Positions 12,761 through 26,962 of a DNA stretch of 64,000 nucleotides are shown here, piece after piece. The notes under the pieces were generated by a model. The model saw nothing but the letters and a program-made list of their open reading frames with translations. It was not told where the DNA came from and did not search any database. Location: the NCBI RefSeq assembly GCF_037042905.1, contig NC_087245.1, forward strand, positions 13,828,001 through 13,892,000, in the 5' to 3' direction. The position numbers and the translations under genes are program-made. How positions within the stretch are numbered: the stretch's first letter is position 1; every line of letters starts with the position of its first letter. The DNA is from Lytechinus pictus. Its lineage: Eukaryota.

Positions 12761-13321
12761 AAAATGTTTGTGCTATCATGATGAATTTCATATCAAACAA
12801 ATGAGTATGTCATGCCCCTTCATCACATTGCTTTGTCATTTGGAGCTGAAAAAGATTCAGGTGTCATTTTTTCCCCCAAAAAATCTTCATATTTTAGACA
12901 AAATTAAAATAAAAACTTGACAAAAACATTTCATATTTGTGCTAGTTACTTCTCAACACAAATATCTTAGATTGCACTTTTTTGTTCAGTGGTGACATAT
13001 CGTAGTAGAAAATGTAATATAAATTATAGATTTGACATTTATATATTTCGATGAAACGATTTTTGAAAATATGATAAAGAATAGAATACATTTGGCATGA
13101 ATATTACTTTTTTTTCAAAGAAAATTCCACCTGAAATATACTTAAATCCTTACGGCATCCCAATCATGTGAAAGAGCTTAATAAGCTCAAGAATTCATTT
13201 GATACCAAACTTGTCATGGTAGTATTTATATTTCTGAAGATATAGCATATTTTATGATGTTTGGCAAGCGAACAAATTTCACTGAATTCCATGGGTGTAT
13301 GTAAACTTATGGCCTCAACTG
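11045..13321. mobile_element. Tc1/mariner-type MITE array (~640-bp units, head-to-tail)
   Basis: TA|CAGTTGAGGCC left TIRs at 11045 and 12033, variants at ~11684 and ~12671; a single right TIR GGCCTCAACTG|TA ends at 13321. Confidence 0.8.
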
Positions 13322-16300
13322 TATGTCTCCATTAAGGTTTTTTTGTACTACAAGCAACAAAAATTAGATTGCTTTTGCATGATTATCAAATATCACCATT
13401 CTCTAAATTGCTGTTTTTACTTTATTTTAGGTCTTTGGTTTGTCAGCATTTATAAAGTGATGACCCGCCCTCTCCCCCTGTCCAAAATAATGTATATTTA
13501 TAATAAATGAAAAAAGAAAAATCAATCAATAAATACTTGCCATTTTTTTGTTTCTGTTGAAAGGTATGAATGCAATAAACAGAAAGTTAATTATTCTGAC
13601 CACTAAGTTTTTCCCATACCCAGCCAAAAGCCTGTTATACCCTCAGCTTATACATACATGCTGTGTGCACATGCAAACTTATTACTTCTTACAGCTATCT
13701 CAGTGGTTTTTTTTTTTTTGTTATTCTGTGCAAAAAAATGACGTAAAATTTCTACAAATTATCACTTTTGGAGTGCTCTACATTTAGAGATCATCATATC
13801 ATTTTGAAATTTGTTTAACCCAATGTGCAAAAAAAATAATTAAAAAAATAAGTGATGATTTATTGTTTTGCACAGTAAAATAATTTGTAAACTTTATTTA
13901 TTGTATTTCAGTACGATGCACTATTTGTATAAGAGTAGGGGGAAACCCTGGTGTAGTGGTCCACTTGCACTCCCCCCAATCAGTTATATCGGGAGGAGAG
14001 ACCTGCGGGTCATAGTGATTCAGGCACAGCTGACGCCAAACAAATAATAATAATAATGATTATGTTCTAGTATTTCTTTAAACATAGTAACACAGATATG
14101 TGTTAATTGTATTTACAATGTACTTATTCTGTTTCTATCACCTTGGTGTTCTATTCTCAATATAGTAGCCTTTGTAACTAATTAGTATTCATTTCTGTGA
14201 GAAATTACATTCTGGATTTTAAAAGCCTCTTCTTTTTTTCTACAAATGTACTTAGTTATTTCTTAATTAGATAATGTTTGTATTTAATTATTTATTCATT
14301 TCATATTTATTGCTATTTTCCTGCTCGTGTTATTTCAATGACTGCATTCCCCCTAATTTTCTTTTCTTGTTATTTTGTTTGTTGTTGAGATGAATATTCA
14401 TTTCAGGAAGGGAGATCCCAATGCACATTGATCTTTCTGTGCTGTTGGTATTATTATACTCTCTTACTGAGTGACCCAATGGGTGTTTCATAAAGCTGTT
14501 CGTAAATTACAAATGACTTGACGCATGACTGGTGATCCTTTCTTGTGCTAAATGATATTGTGTAGCTGACTGAATTAACCAAATTACGGCATTCCCTTTT
14601 TTTGCATTAAATACAATTTTCTAAGGAAAAAATGTATCCTATTCATATTGAGAAAAATTGTCTCCATATAAATTTAATTTTGGGTAACTAAACCAAAGGT
14701 CAAAGATCGTCAGTAGGGCAGTATTTCAAAATGCAGTTATTGAGAATCACTCGGTACAGTTTCTCATTCCTATAGGTTGGAAATTCCTGTCTTTCTTTCA
14801 TATAATAATAATAATTATAATTACTTTCCGGGGAGGGGGTTGCACAAGATTGGCAGCTCTGCTTTTGGGAATGGGCACCATGGTAATTGTTATGCAACAA
14901 GGCCCAGAACAAACCTTTAAGAAGTCTACCATAAAGGTTTGTCCGCCGCCCTGTTGCATCAAGAGTTAGATCATGCAGTGAGTTTGTACATTTGATAGCA
15001 CATAAGGAGTATGTATGTTGGTAAATTGTATTTTGATTAAAGCATAATAGCTAACTTAGTTTTTATATAGCACTTTTCCATAATGGCTCAAAGCGCTTTA
15101 TAGCATATTATTACCCCGGTCATTGGATTCATTTCAATCCTGCACGAAAAGTGCACAATTTCCACTCCCTGGGGAGTGGAAATTGAGAGCATGAGACTGG
15201 AATTTCAAGTATACTGATTTACATCATTATGCATTTGATTCCTACCTGTTGAAAAGTCAATTATGAATTGCTTTAGATGGAAATGATTTTGATTGTAGTT
15301 GAGTTGTAACTTGAGTGAAATAGAAATAGTGCCTTTGAAATGGGTTGTAAACTAGTGGATTTTTATGCCTTTTTTTTTTATAGGTGTTTAGATTGAATAC
15401 AATCATAGATAGTTTATAGTATTTACATAAACCATGGAATAAAAATTGAAATAGATAGTTAAAATTGATTATAAATTCGGCTGAAAGAGTTTTATTTACT
15501 GCAAAGTTATGTTTGTCTTCATGAAGAGTGAAGTGAAGAGACTAGGGTTATGTTAAAGCAAATTACTAGTCATTTTCCTATTTTGTCAAAAATGAATTTA
15601 AAAAAAATCCATGTGGTATCAATTATACAACTTTTCATAAACCTCTTTTCCTTCAACTTTATATGATTGAAACTGATTGATAAATTCACTTGACTGTTTA
15701 TAAGTCAAGTTGCTTGTAAATTCATGATTCATTTCAGTGCAGAGAATTGGGATCGATCCTTTGATGTGAATTGTACATGTAGAAGGTCAATGACAACAAT
15801 ATCTGTTATTTGAATTCAAGGTGGGTTATCTTTTTGTTTATTAATTTTGTTTACAAAAGGGCATTGTATGTGCCTCTTGTTGGAACAGGTAAAATTATGG
15901 CTTTCTATAGTTGAGAAAGATTGGATAAATCACCATTCTTTTTATGCAGGGTTCTGGTATGGTGAGTAATAGAGTATAAAAGAAAGTGTGTGTTAATTCA
16001 AACAGGCATTGACTAAAATCCTTTTACAATTCGTATTTATTTTCACTCATAAAAAACACAAAATATATGATATATTTCAGGATGGGTACTACTATCTTGA
16101 AGAAAAATGTCAGATCATGATTGTGCTGGTAAAATGCTGCAAAGGATTTAATATGAAATGTAAACACAGTAAGTTTAAACATGCAGATAAAATCTGTCTC
16201 GTTTAAATCTTCTGAGGAAGTAGATACATGTATATGATATATAGTTTTGTACTAGCTGTAAATAATAGGTCTTAAAGACAACAGAAAATGACACAAGTCA

Positions 16301-18659
16301 GTATGAAAGTGGCTTTGAGATATATGCATGCGCTTTTAATACTTGATTCATGCTATTCTGTTTCTTATCTGAAATTCTGTAAAAATATTCTTCACATGAG
16401 GACAGTAATCATGATGCACTACTGTTGCCACTTTTACTTTACAGAGCATACCTGTCTGACAAGTATTGCCTACTTTGAAAAGAATTTGATTGGTCGATAG
16501 ATCCTCTGCATATAATTATATGTTTTGACGGGTTTTGACGCCTCATCCTTGCACAGAAATATTGCTTGGCTTTGTTGTGCTAAGTCTGGACAAGCCTTTA
16601 TTGGATATTAAATTGTGAAGGACATAACGCTTAAGACAAAAAAAAGGAAATATCTTCATACTAATAGTGTTTGAGTTACAGTTCAAAAGAAAAAAAATAG
16701 ATTCAGATTTACATCATTCTTGTGTTATTGTATGCTTGCTACTTTAAATGACAAAATACTTGTTTTGTTGTGTAGAAGTAGATTTTGAAATATTGAATAA
16801 GTTTGACTGGTTTTATAGACATGTTAATGATTAATTTTAGACTTAGAGGTATTTCTTGGTGAAGTACATGTATAGGACAATTTTCTCTTAGATCAATTAT
16901 ATGTACTGTAGCTTAATGGTGAAGAAGGTTTGATATTATGATTAATATTGTTATTATTGATATTGTTGAAATTAATTAATTTTGTTTTCGAACTACTCGC
17001 GTTAAAACCTGACTGATCAGCATGAAGTACATTTGATGAGTCCATGTTTTTTTCACATCCCTTATGAATATCTATGTCACATTCCAGTACTGCACTCTAA
17101 AATCATTTCCATGTGCAGTACAGGTAGGGGGCAATGCAATAGAGACTTATGCAATCCGTCAACTGTGTGCCCTTTTGTAATTAATAATGGACGTAAAATT
17201 AAAAAAATCATCAATTACATGTATACACTTGCATCGTATTTCAGAAGACGAACTGCATTTTCATTTATAACCCTGTTCGAACCAATGTGATGTTCTCAAA
17301 GATTTCTTTGTTTCTTTAGGGGGGTTATTGATCTTTTCCTTGTAATGATGCATTAAATGGATCGTTTACATTTTGAAAACCATTAAAAACTTTGACTGAA
17401 CTTGGAGATCTCACCTTGCTGTGTAAATATATTCTGAACGTGTCTCTTTTCACTTGTCCCTGTCTTCACCAATAGTTTTTTTTCCTTATGCATTGAAGAG
17501 TGCCATGAACCTCTTCCATGTTAGTCATGATTGTCTGGTGATATCCTTGAAGTATTCAATATTATTCATTCTTTGCCGAGACTTTCAGGGAATCGCATTT
17601 TGATCAATGATTTTGCATGGGATTGAAACCAAACAGAAAAAAAGTATTATTTGGTTCGGCAATGCACCCGATCAAAACAGATTTTATGTAATTAAATTGC
17701 AAAATGTATCCTATAGTCAATTATCAAAGACTTTTCAAAGTTTACTTGATATCCTGCAGCATGGTTCTTTTAGGGCAAATTGTTTTTTAAAACTTAGTAA
17801 TGAAATAAATGCATTGAGGAAATTTGTAAAGCCAAAGACAGGTTCTATGGTTTGCGACAACCGCAAGGGATAATCCGTATGGAAAGCCAACTTGTTCATA
17901 AACGCGTGTGCTGATTTCACGACTTATCAAGCAGGTCATTATGTATTGAAGTTAATGACATCTTGATTTCGTGACATATCAAACACGACATTAGGTATTA
18001 TAATTAATGTCATGATTTCGTGAGGTATCAAACAAGTCAATGCGTATTGAAGTTAATGACATATGACATAGTGACATCAAATTGAACACATCATTATTAG
18101 AATAGTTAAATGTATTAGTACGTGGGCTAATCAGAAAGCTTGTTATATATCAAAGTTAGTACATTTTCAGGGATTACCCAATAATATTTGCTTTTGAGAT
18201 GTTTAATGCCCATGTCCGGCCACAAAATTGGCGCAAATGCCCTCAAAATTTGTGAAAAAGATGGAAAATACAATATGATACAATAATAGTTTCTTTATTT
18301 GCTTCTTTAAAAAGTGCAATCACGTTCAAGCATTATACACAAGTTAACAAATAATGACATGACAACAAAAATGTATTAAGTAAGCAGTCAAGCAAAATAA
18401 CAGACACATTATATCAGACATATCATAGTTTACCCCCACTCACCCCCCCCCCCACCCCCATGACTGACATGAGCATTCTAAGACGTTATGGCAATGTACT
18501 GGATAAAACAGATATTATACCCCATCAGACACCCCAACACCCCCCCCCCTTCTGACTAACGTGCAACGGATTAATTCCCCGACATGAACAAGGAACAGAA
18601 ATCACTGTGTACATATGAACTCAATATATCACAGCAAAATCAATCCCTCATATCATTGC

Positions 18660-19160
18660 TTAAAGGGATTCTGAAGATATTTATGCTTTAATAACATTTA
18701 ATGTAGTAAAATTCCGAGAGCAAAATGCTGAAAATTTGATAAAAATCGGATAACAAATAACGAATTTATTAAATTTTAAAGATTTACATTATTCCGGTGA
18801 AACAGTTCCAGTTCTTTTGTATATGTGAATTAGGTTTATTCGGCATTTTGCTACCAAGAACTAAAACGATTGAATTGACAACTGAACAAGTGCATTATAT
18901 TGCTGCAACTTATTTATGATAATGAAGACACATCATTTACACATGAATGAAAAAATGAAACAATTATTTAATGTAATAATATGAAAAAGGAATACGGGAA
19001 TGTGACATCCTCAGCCCTCCTAATGAATATGACGACGTGCATATAACTGTTTTCACAAAATATTGTTAAACTTTATAATTCAATAACTTTGTTATTTGTT
19101 ATCCGACGTTGATGAAATTTTCAGCATTTTGCTCTGTGAATTTTCTCTATTTATTTAAAT
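18660..19160. mobile_element. Degenerate TTAA-AGG (Kolobok-like) MITE
   Basis: Starts ttaaaggg; IR gagcaaaatgctgaaaattt / gaaattttcagcattttgctc; related fragment at ~5640-5775. Confidence 0.45.
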
Positions 19161-19462
19161 ATACCTTAATGAGTATATCAAATCCATTTAGCACTTAGTA
19201 ATGGAAAAGTACAGGCTGACCTTCGACTGATCTTTACAGTTCTATAATTATTTATTCTTACTTATCCAAAAACATAACATGTTTTCGAGATTTTTGAGAT
19301 TTCAAAAGAAGTTTTCATGGTATCAGACTGTTATTTTTCTACACACCCTCACGAGACCATTTTACCAAACTTATCACTAGTCCATGTATTATAAAGGTGG
19401 GTATTTTCCGTCTAAATTAGGGTGGCATCCACTAAGCTCGGCCTTTCACTTATCAATAGCAG

Positions 19463-21494
19463 TTTTTGTCTCGCCTGCATAGCAGAGCGAGACTATAGGC
19501 GCCGCTTTTCCGACAGCGGCGTCGTCAACATTGAAATCGGAACCAAGGTTAAGTTTTTGAAATGTCATCATAACTTAGAAAGTATTTGAACCTAGTTCAT
19601 GAAACTTGGACATAAGGGTAATCAAGTATTACTAAACATACTGCCTGAGTTTCAGGTCACATTACCGAGGTCAAAGGTCATTTAGGGTCAATGAACTTAG
19701 ACCATGTTGGGGGATCAATATCGAAATCTTAACCAAGGTTAAGTTTTTGAACGTCGTCATAACTTCTAAAGTATATGGATCTAGTTCATGGAACTTGGAC
19801 ATAAGGGTGATAGTGTATCACTGAAGATCCTGCCTCAGTTTCAGGTCACATGATCAAGGTCAAAGGTCACTTAGGGTCAACGCACTTTGACCATTTTGGG
19901 GTATTGTGGAATTGTCATAACTTTGACATTTTATGGATCTAGTTCATGAAACTTGGACATAAGAGCAATCAAGTATCCCTGAACATCCTGTGCGAGTTTC
20001 AGGTCACATGACCAAGGTCAAAGGTCATTTAGGGTCAACGAACTTTGATAATGTAGGCGGTATTGGTGGAATTGTCATAACTTTAAAGTTTATAGATCTA
20101 GTTCATGAAACTTGGGACATAAGAGTAACCAGGTATCCCTGAATATCTTGTGCTTGTTTCTGGTCACATGAACAAAATCAAAGGTCATTTAGGGTCAGTG
20201 AACTTTGGCCGTGTTGGGGGTATTTGTTGAATTGGCATCATAACTTAGAGAGTTTATTGATCTACACATGAAGTTCATGAAACATAGACATAAGGACAAT
20301 CAAGTATGAATAATTGTTTTGCACAGGTCTTAGGTCACATGATCATGGTCAAAGGTCACAGTCAGTCTGCAAGCCCCTATGTTAATGAGCAAATGAGCAA
20401 GTCCTCCCGTGGCCGAATTCATATCCCTACAAAATCTCGTGAATTGTGAGACTTTTTTCTCAAAGAATTTAACCATTTTCTCCTTGAGTAAAATTGATTA
20501 TTTTTGTACCATATGAAAGAGTAAATGTTACTCTTTAATATTAGTTATGTCTTTTGAATAAAATATTTTGATAAATAGGTAAAATTCAGGCCTGAAAAGA
20601 GGCCTCAAACATAGTTTTTTTCCTCTATTTTCTCTTGCAAATTGTGCAAAATTTTGTGTTTTGGGCACAAACATTTATATCATCAGAAAGCTCAAACTCT
20701 CTACTTTCATACAATATCACTCTTGATATGTGACACCTTTTAGATGGGTCAGCAGCCAGCCTTTTCCATCAAGATGCAAGACGAGATTTCTGAAATTTCT
20801 GAGTAGCATAAAATCTAGAGTTCTGATTGGCTGAATAATGTTTTCAAAACAACAGGCGCGGGTAATTTGAAGAAATTACCACATGGTGAGTGTGACCTTC
20901 AGAGGCCCAGTGTGGGGAACATTGGAATTTGCGTGGGTGTGTGGTCTCTATGACCAATCAGAGCGCAGTATTCTTGTTTTTTAGCTGCTAAATGTACTTG
21001 GCCTATAAAAAACTGGCTGCTGACCCATCTAAAATACCTCTTCTTATAAAAGTTATATCATATTAAAGCTTAGATCTTCAGCTTTATCATAATCTAAAAA
21101 TCATTTGTGCTCAAACAGTAATTAAGGGTAAAAACAACATTTTTTGTTGCATGAAAATAATTATTTTGTTTCATGATTTAGATAAAAAATTTCCCCTATA
21201 TTACAACATCTTTTTAAAAATTCAAACACATGACCTGAAAGAATGATTTTTCTTCTTTATAAAGCTCATTAACAATGCAAAACCACTCTTGTCATGAATA
21301 TCACTTGGATAAAAGAAGCCACTTTTTGAGGGCTTGCCGACTGACTGGTCATGTTGGGTCAATGGACATAGTATTTCATTATCATATGAGTGTTTTCTTT
21401 TGTGAATAATTATTTAAAAGCTGTTTTCAAACTCAGCACTTCTGCTATATCGACTCGCGTAATGCAGGTGAGACTGCCAGAGGTGTTCCACTTC
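19463..21494 (+). mobile_element. Helentron/DINE-like element, full length, interrupted by a MITE
   Basis: Same 5' box (GTCTCGCCTGCATAGCAGAGCGAGAC), tandem units and 3' end (atgcaggtgagactgccagagg...ccactt) as 7387-8355. Confidence 0.8.
20359..21347. mobile_element. TIR element with 4-bp TSD (GTCA), superfamily unresolved
   Basis: GTCA|CAGTCAGTCTGCAAGCCC ... GGGCTTGCCGACTGACTG|GTCA; removing it restores the host consensus aaaggtcatgttgggtc; internal IR ttttagatgggtcagcagccag / ctggctgctgacccatctaaaa. Confidence 0.85.
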
Positions 21495-21614
21495 TTTCCT
21501 GATATAGCTACAATCACAGGCCTTCCAAGTACTCCTTTTTAAAAGGAGTTACTCCTTTTTGGAAATTTTTAATATACATTATATCATATAGGAAAAGAAA
21601 ACCCCTTTTTCTTT

Positions 21615-22280
21615 TCGCTGTTCCAACGGCGACGGCGGCGTCGTCAACATCAAATCTTCACATAAGGTTAAGTTTTTTTAATGACATCATAACTTAGAAA
21701 GTATATAAACCTAGTTCATGAAACTTGGACATAAGGTAATCAAGTATTACTGAACACCCTGCCTTGGTTTCAGGTCACATGACCAAGGTCAAATGTCATT
21801 TAGGGTCAGTGAACTTAGACCATTTTTGTTTTGTAGTAGTCTTTATTATTCATTCAAATAACATTCATACATACATGATCAAGGAAATATAAAACAAAAT
21901 GATAATAATTGCAGCTGTAATAAACACAAATCAAATTACACTGTAATAGACATAGCAGGCAAATTGTATCGGAACAGTGACATAATCCGAAATCATGCAA
22001 AAATAAAATTTCAATAATATGCAGCTAAAGCAAATAAAAAAATAAGGTCAAAGGTCATTTAGGGTCAATGAACATTGGCCATGTTGGGGGTATTTGTTGA
22101 ATTACCGTCATAACTCAGAAAGTTTATGGATCTACACATGTAGTTCATAAAATATAGACAAAAGGGTAATCAAGTATGAATGATTGTTTTGCACATGTCT
22201 TAGGTCACATGGTCATGGTCAAAGGTCATGTTGGGTCAATGGACATAGTATTTCATTATCATATGAGTGTTCTTTTGTTA
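21615..22280 (+). mobile_element. Truncated Helentron/DINE-like copy with an internal foreign insert (~21824-22043)
   Basis: ttccaacggcgacggcggcgtcgtcaac start plus the same tandem units. Confidence 0.7.
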
Positions 22281-22624
22281 ATGTAAAAAACGATTTTTAA
22301 AATATTGAAAAAAGGGGATATATTTTCAATACTTGTAGGGTTTCACAAGCCAAATACTTGTTAAGGGATGAAAGAATTTTCATAATCTGGAAAAGACTTG
22401 CTTCCCTTGTTTAGGTACGTGCTTTTCGAAACTCCATGGTCGCGCCTGATCCACCCGTCAATGGAAGTGGTTCCCCGGGAATTTGAATCTAATTCCCATT
22501 TCGGGGGAAAGTAAAACATAATGCCCATTACATTGTGTGCCAGAGGCATATCGTTTGTGTAGGAGGAGCAAGCAAAAGAAAAAAAACCCCGCAAATTCGG
22601 ACGGTTTTCAGACGGATAGGCCTA

Positions 22625-25597
22625 TTGAGTCTCCATGAATTTAGCCAACTCATCAAAGATGCAACCCGTGTCACTCACACATGTTCTTCTTTATTGGACC
22701 ATGTGATTTGTAATAACGAACAAAAAATAAGTCAAAGTGGTGTTTATTGATCTTGGTATAAGTGACCATTCTTTTACTTTCTGTACACGAAAGAAAATTA
22801 GGCTGGCTATAGGTGTTCACAGAACCACTGATATCAGATCGTTGAAAAAATATAGCGAAGAATCTTTCAATCTTAAACTGTCTGCCGTTGATTGGTCAAA
22901 TTTAACCCAATGCACTGACGTAAATAAGGCTTGGTCAGTTTTTCAAAATACTTTTATTTCAACGTTGAATATGATAGCGCCTCAAAAACGGATTAGAATT
23001 AAACAGAGATCAGAAAACTGGATGACTAAAGATATTATTTCTCTTATTCGAGAAAGAAATGTGGCGTATAAAAAAATGAAGAAAAATCTAAGCGATCAGG
23101 ATTATGACACGCTTTCCAAAAGATACAAGAAATTAAGAAATATGGTTCAAAGAGAGGTGAAAAAGGCCAAATTAGAATACCTACAAAATAAAATAGAAGA
23201 AAATAAAAATGATTCTAAAAGACTTTGGCAGAATCTAAAAAGTTTGGGATTAAAAAAGAAAAATGGAAAGGACCAAGAATTAGTCGTTTCAATTGACGGA
23301 GAATTATGTCATGATAAGATAACTATTTCCAATGAATTCAATTCCTATTTTACAAATGTCGCAGCTACGTTGGTAGATAAACTTCCATCTTGCAAAGAAA
23401 TTTTCAGTGCAGACAGTGAAAACATTCGTAAATTTTATGAAAAAAAGGGTATAAGCCAAGATAAATTTGAATTATTACCTGTTAGTGATCAATTCATTTT
23501 TAATGAGTTGCGTAAATTAAATGTATCAAAAAGCACTGGGTTAGATTTGATACCTGCTAAATTTCTAAAAGAAGGAGCAAAGAGTTTGTACAAACCATTA
23601 AATTTCTTAATAAATCTATCTATCTTTACTAGCACTTTCCCAGAGGATATGAAAATTGCAAAAGTAACTCCTATTCATAAGAAGAAAGATAAAACTGCTG
23701 TTGAAAACTATAGACCTATCAGTGTTTTAAGCATAGTATCCAAAATTCTAGAAAAGGCGGTATGTGTTCAGATCGAAAAATATTTTAAAGAAAATGATAT
23801 GATTTACGAATATCAGTCAGGTTTTCGACATGACTATTCGACTGAGACATGCCTTATTCACTTGACTGATTATCTGAGAACAAATATGTCTAAGGGACAA
23901 TTCGTTGGGATGGTACTCCTAGATCTTCAAAAAGCATTTGATACAGTTAATCACGGCATCTTATTGAAAAAATTACAAATAATGGGTTTTAACCAGGCTA
24001 CTGTAGCATGGTTCAAATCCTACTTGTCGAATCGACATCAAGTAGTGGCTATTCGCGATATTTGTTCCAAAATTATGCCTATAACGTGTGGAGTTCCACA
24101 GGGAAGTATTTTAGGCCCAATCCTATTTTCAACTTATATCAATGACATGTCTATTTGTTTAAAAGCTGACTGTAAATTATTATTGTATGCAGATGATAGC
24201 GTACTACTTTGTTCAAATGCCAACCCAAAATTTGTTGAGGAAAAACTTAGCGAACAGCTGTCTACATGTGTCGATTGGATGACTGATAATAGATTATCGT
24301 TACACTTAGGCAAAACCGAAAGCATTCTGTTTTGTTCTAAAAGTAATCATAAAACTTGATTTGAATTTGAAGTATCATACAATAATAAGATAATTCATAG
24401 GAAAGAATCTGTAAAGTATTTAGGCATTGAGTTGACTAGCTCCCTTTCATTTTCATCTTTAGTAGAATCAATCGTAAAAAGGGCGAATGCCCGTTTGAAA
24501 TTTTTGTACAGGTATCAAAGTTGTATGGATCAAAAAGCAAGGCGTATTCTCTGTTTTGCTCTTATTCAGAGTTTATTTGACTATGCCAACCCTGCTTGGT
24601 TTAGTGGCATAAGCGAACTCGATAAACAGAAGTTGAAAATTATACAGAATAAAATGGTTAGATTCATTAGCTGTTCTGGTCCCAGAACCCATGTTGGCTA
24701 CACCGAACTCTCTGGAGCAGGTTTTCTTGAAGTCAACAAAAGATCAAAACAGCTTATTTTGCACCACGTGCATAAAATCTATCACAATAGATCGAATCAT
24801 TACATTGGATCAAACTTTAATCTAGTTACCGAAATACATAACTATAATACAAGAAACAGCCATTTCAATTTTTGCTTACCAGAAAGGGTAGGTAGTATTG
24901 GTAACTCATTTTATTACAATGCTATAAAACATTGGAATTCCCTTCCAAATGATATAAAGGAAATAGGAAACTTTTTGCATTTTAAGAGGAAATTGAAAGA
25001 ATATCTTTCACTTGAGAGTCAAAAAGAAGATGCAAATGATATGTTGTACGGTTGATTTAGCCTGAATACTGACCTAGTTCTTTTCTCTTCTCTACTAGGT
25101 ATTATTATGTATTTTACATAGTTTGATTGAAGCTTCGATATGTCCTTTCTTCTATTCTTTCTATTTCTTTTATTTCTTCCTATTCTCCCCTTCTTGTTGT
25201 TATTGTCGTCACGTTTATGCTGTTGTTCTTCTCCTTATTTATTTCCCTTCGTTATCAGTTTCTTCCGTCTCCTTCTACTCCTCGTCCCCTCTCTTCTTCT
25301 GTTCCTCCTCTTCCTTCTCCTTCTTTTCTTCTTCTTCTTCGTTATATTCTTGTATATATCTTATTTATTGTCTATATATCTTATTTATTGGTAATAGTAA
25401 ATTCTGATTTTTTTCTTCATTTTTAATATGTAAATAGTATAATTTTAACATTTTATTATCTTAATTCTGTATATTGAGGACCCCACTGGAAATAAGCTTT
25501 CGAGCTTTCGTGGGTCATCCTGTGCAAGCCTGTTGTTTTAATGGTACTGTATATATGTTATGGTGACTTGCCAAATAAAATCAATCAATCAATCAAT
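22625..25597 (+). mobile_element. 5'-truncated L2-group (Crack/Daphne-like) LINE, ORF2 pseudogene
   Basis: APE tail (TRVT...SLLDHV...ISDH); RT motifs NYRPISVL, YQSGFR, LDLQKAFDTV, GVPQGSILGP, YADD, KYLG; frameshift near 22740 and in-frame TGA at 24357-24359; 3' stem-loop and AATAAAA(TCAA)n tail. Confidence 0.9.
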
Positions 25598-26962
25598 ATT
25601 GCATATGCTGTGTACATATCAACGCATGCGAAATGGTTTAGCTGGAGAGGTGATCTGACCCATGGAATCAATTACCAGTGATCCACCAATAATCCACAGT
25701 AGGTGCAACATCGATTCAATGGACTGTATTCTGAATTCGGTAAGTTTTTCCTCACTCAATATGTACTCGATTTGTTTGAAAAACCACTTTCTTATCCATG
25801 TCATAATCTACGTTTCGCCTGTCTCCAGCCAGCTGCCATATAGTCATGATAGTAAAGCGCCCCACCGCGAGCTCAGGCGGGCATATGCTATGATGACCAG
25901 TCGTACATGCATGAAAGCGGGATTTTAACCACTTGGAATGGCATGCTAGTGTTGCATGAAAGAATTTTACACACGAAAAGCAGATCAATAAGGCCTGTAA
26001 CACAAATCTTAGCAATGATTGTAGAACAGTTTTCTACGTTCGATTCTATTGACTATAATGTACAATCAATCTTAAATATCGAGTCTATGATTAATCGTTA
26101 ACTTTTGTGTTACCGGACCCTAATGTCACGTCCCCGAGGTTTGCAAAAACTCGCTATAATGCGTTGCTGCAACATTAATGGTTGTAACACCAGGCCCTGA
26201 TCGTAGTTTGTATTTGCGATGCAGTGCTTTGATAAGTCACCAAGGATACATATTGCCTTCGCTCTGGAATTCGAATTCAAATCACAGTGAAAGGTCCGAT
26301 CATTCTAAAGACGAATTGCCGAATCATCATTACAATGATGGTTCAAGATTCACGTGTGAAAAGGCCCCATGTTGAATCAGTCTTTGTTCGAATGGAAGTT
26401 TTTTTTTAACCTCATGTACCAATTTAGTTACACTTCTTCGTACATTTTCTAGTGCATGAATATGTTTCTTCAACTATACTCCATACGCCGCATGCGCATA
26501 CTCTAAATGATGTGGCCTTATCAACATGATCAAGGCTTTATAGGAGTAAAAAGTTCTCCTTGTGTAAACAAATGTTCTTAACAGATTCATTAACCTATTG
26601 ACTCTATTAATCTTTGCCGAAAATTTTGGTCAAATCAAAGCTTTGTGTCAATGACCACGTCTAAATCTACTGGTTTCAACTTGTGATAGATTACGTGGCA
26701 TTGCCATTGGGTATAGCCATTAAGTTAATTATTCTTTTTTTTCAATTGTAAGTACACAACATTTATCCGGATGGAACTTTAACAGCCACTTGTCAGACCA
26801 GAAACAATGCGATTAAAGTCTGCTTGTAATAACCCGGCATCCGATTGTCATTGATTGGTTAAATTTATTTAGTAGTATAGTTGCCCAACGCAGAACTTTT
26901 GCCATTTTGGTAATATGTTTCTCTAGATGAGGATGCCTTACAGGTGAAAAGTATTCCCTTAC

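Noticed and set aside
24357..24359. Programmed readthrough or selenocysteine at the LINE in-frame TGA
   Set aside because: The copy is 5'-truncated and also frameshifted, so simple decay is sufficient.
25123..25426. Hydrophobic Phe/Leu/Ser ORFs
   Set aside because: Pyrimidine-rich low-complexity 3' UTR of the LINE.
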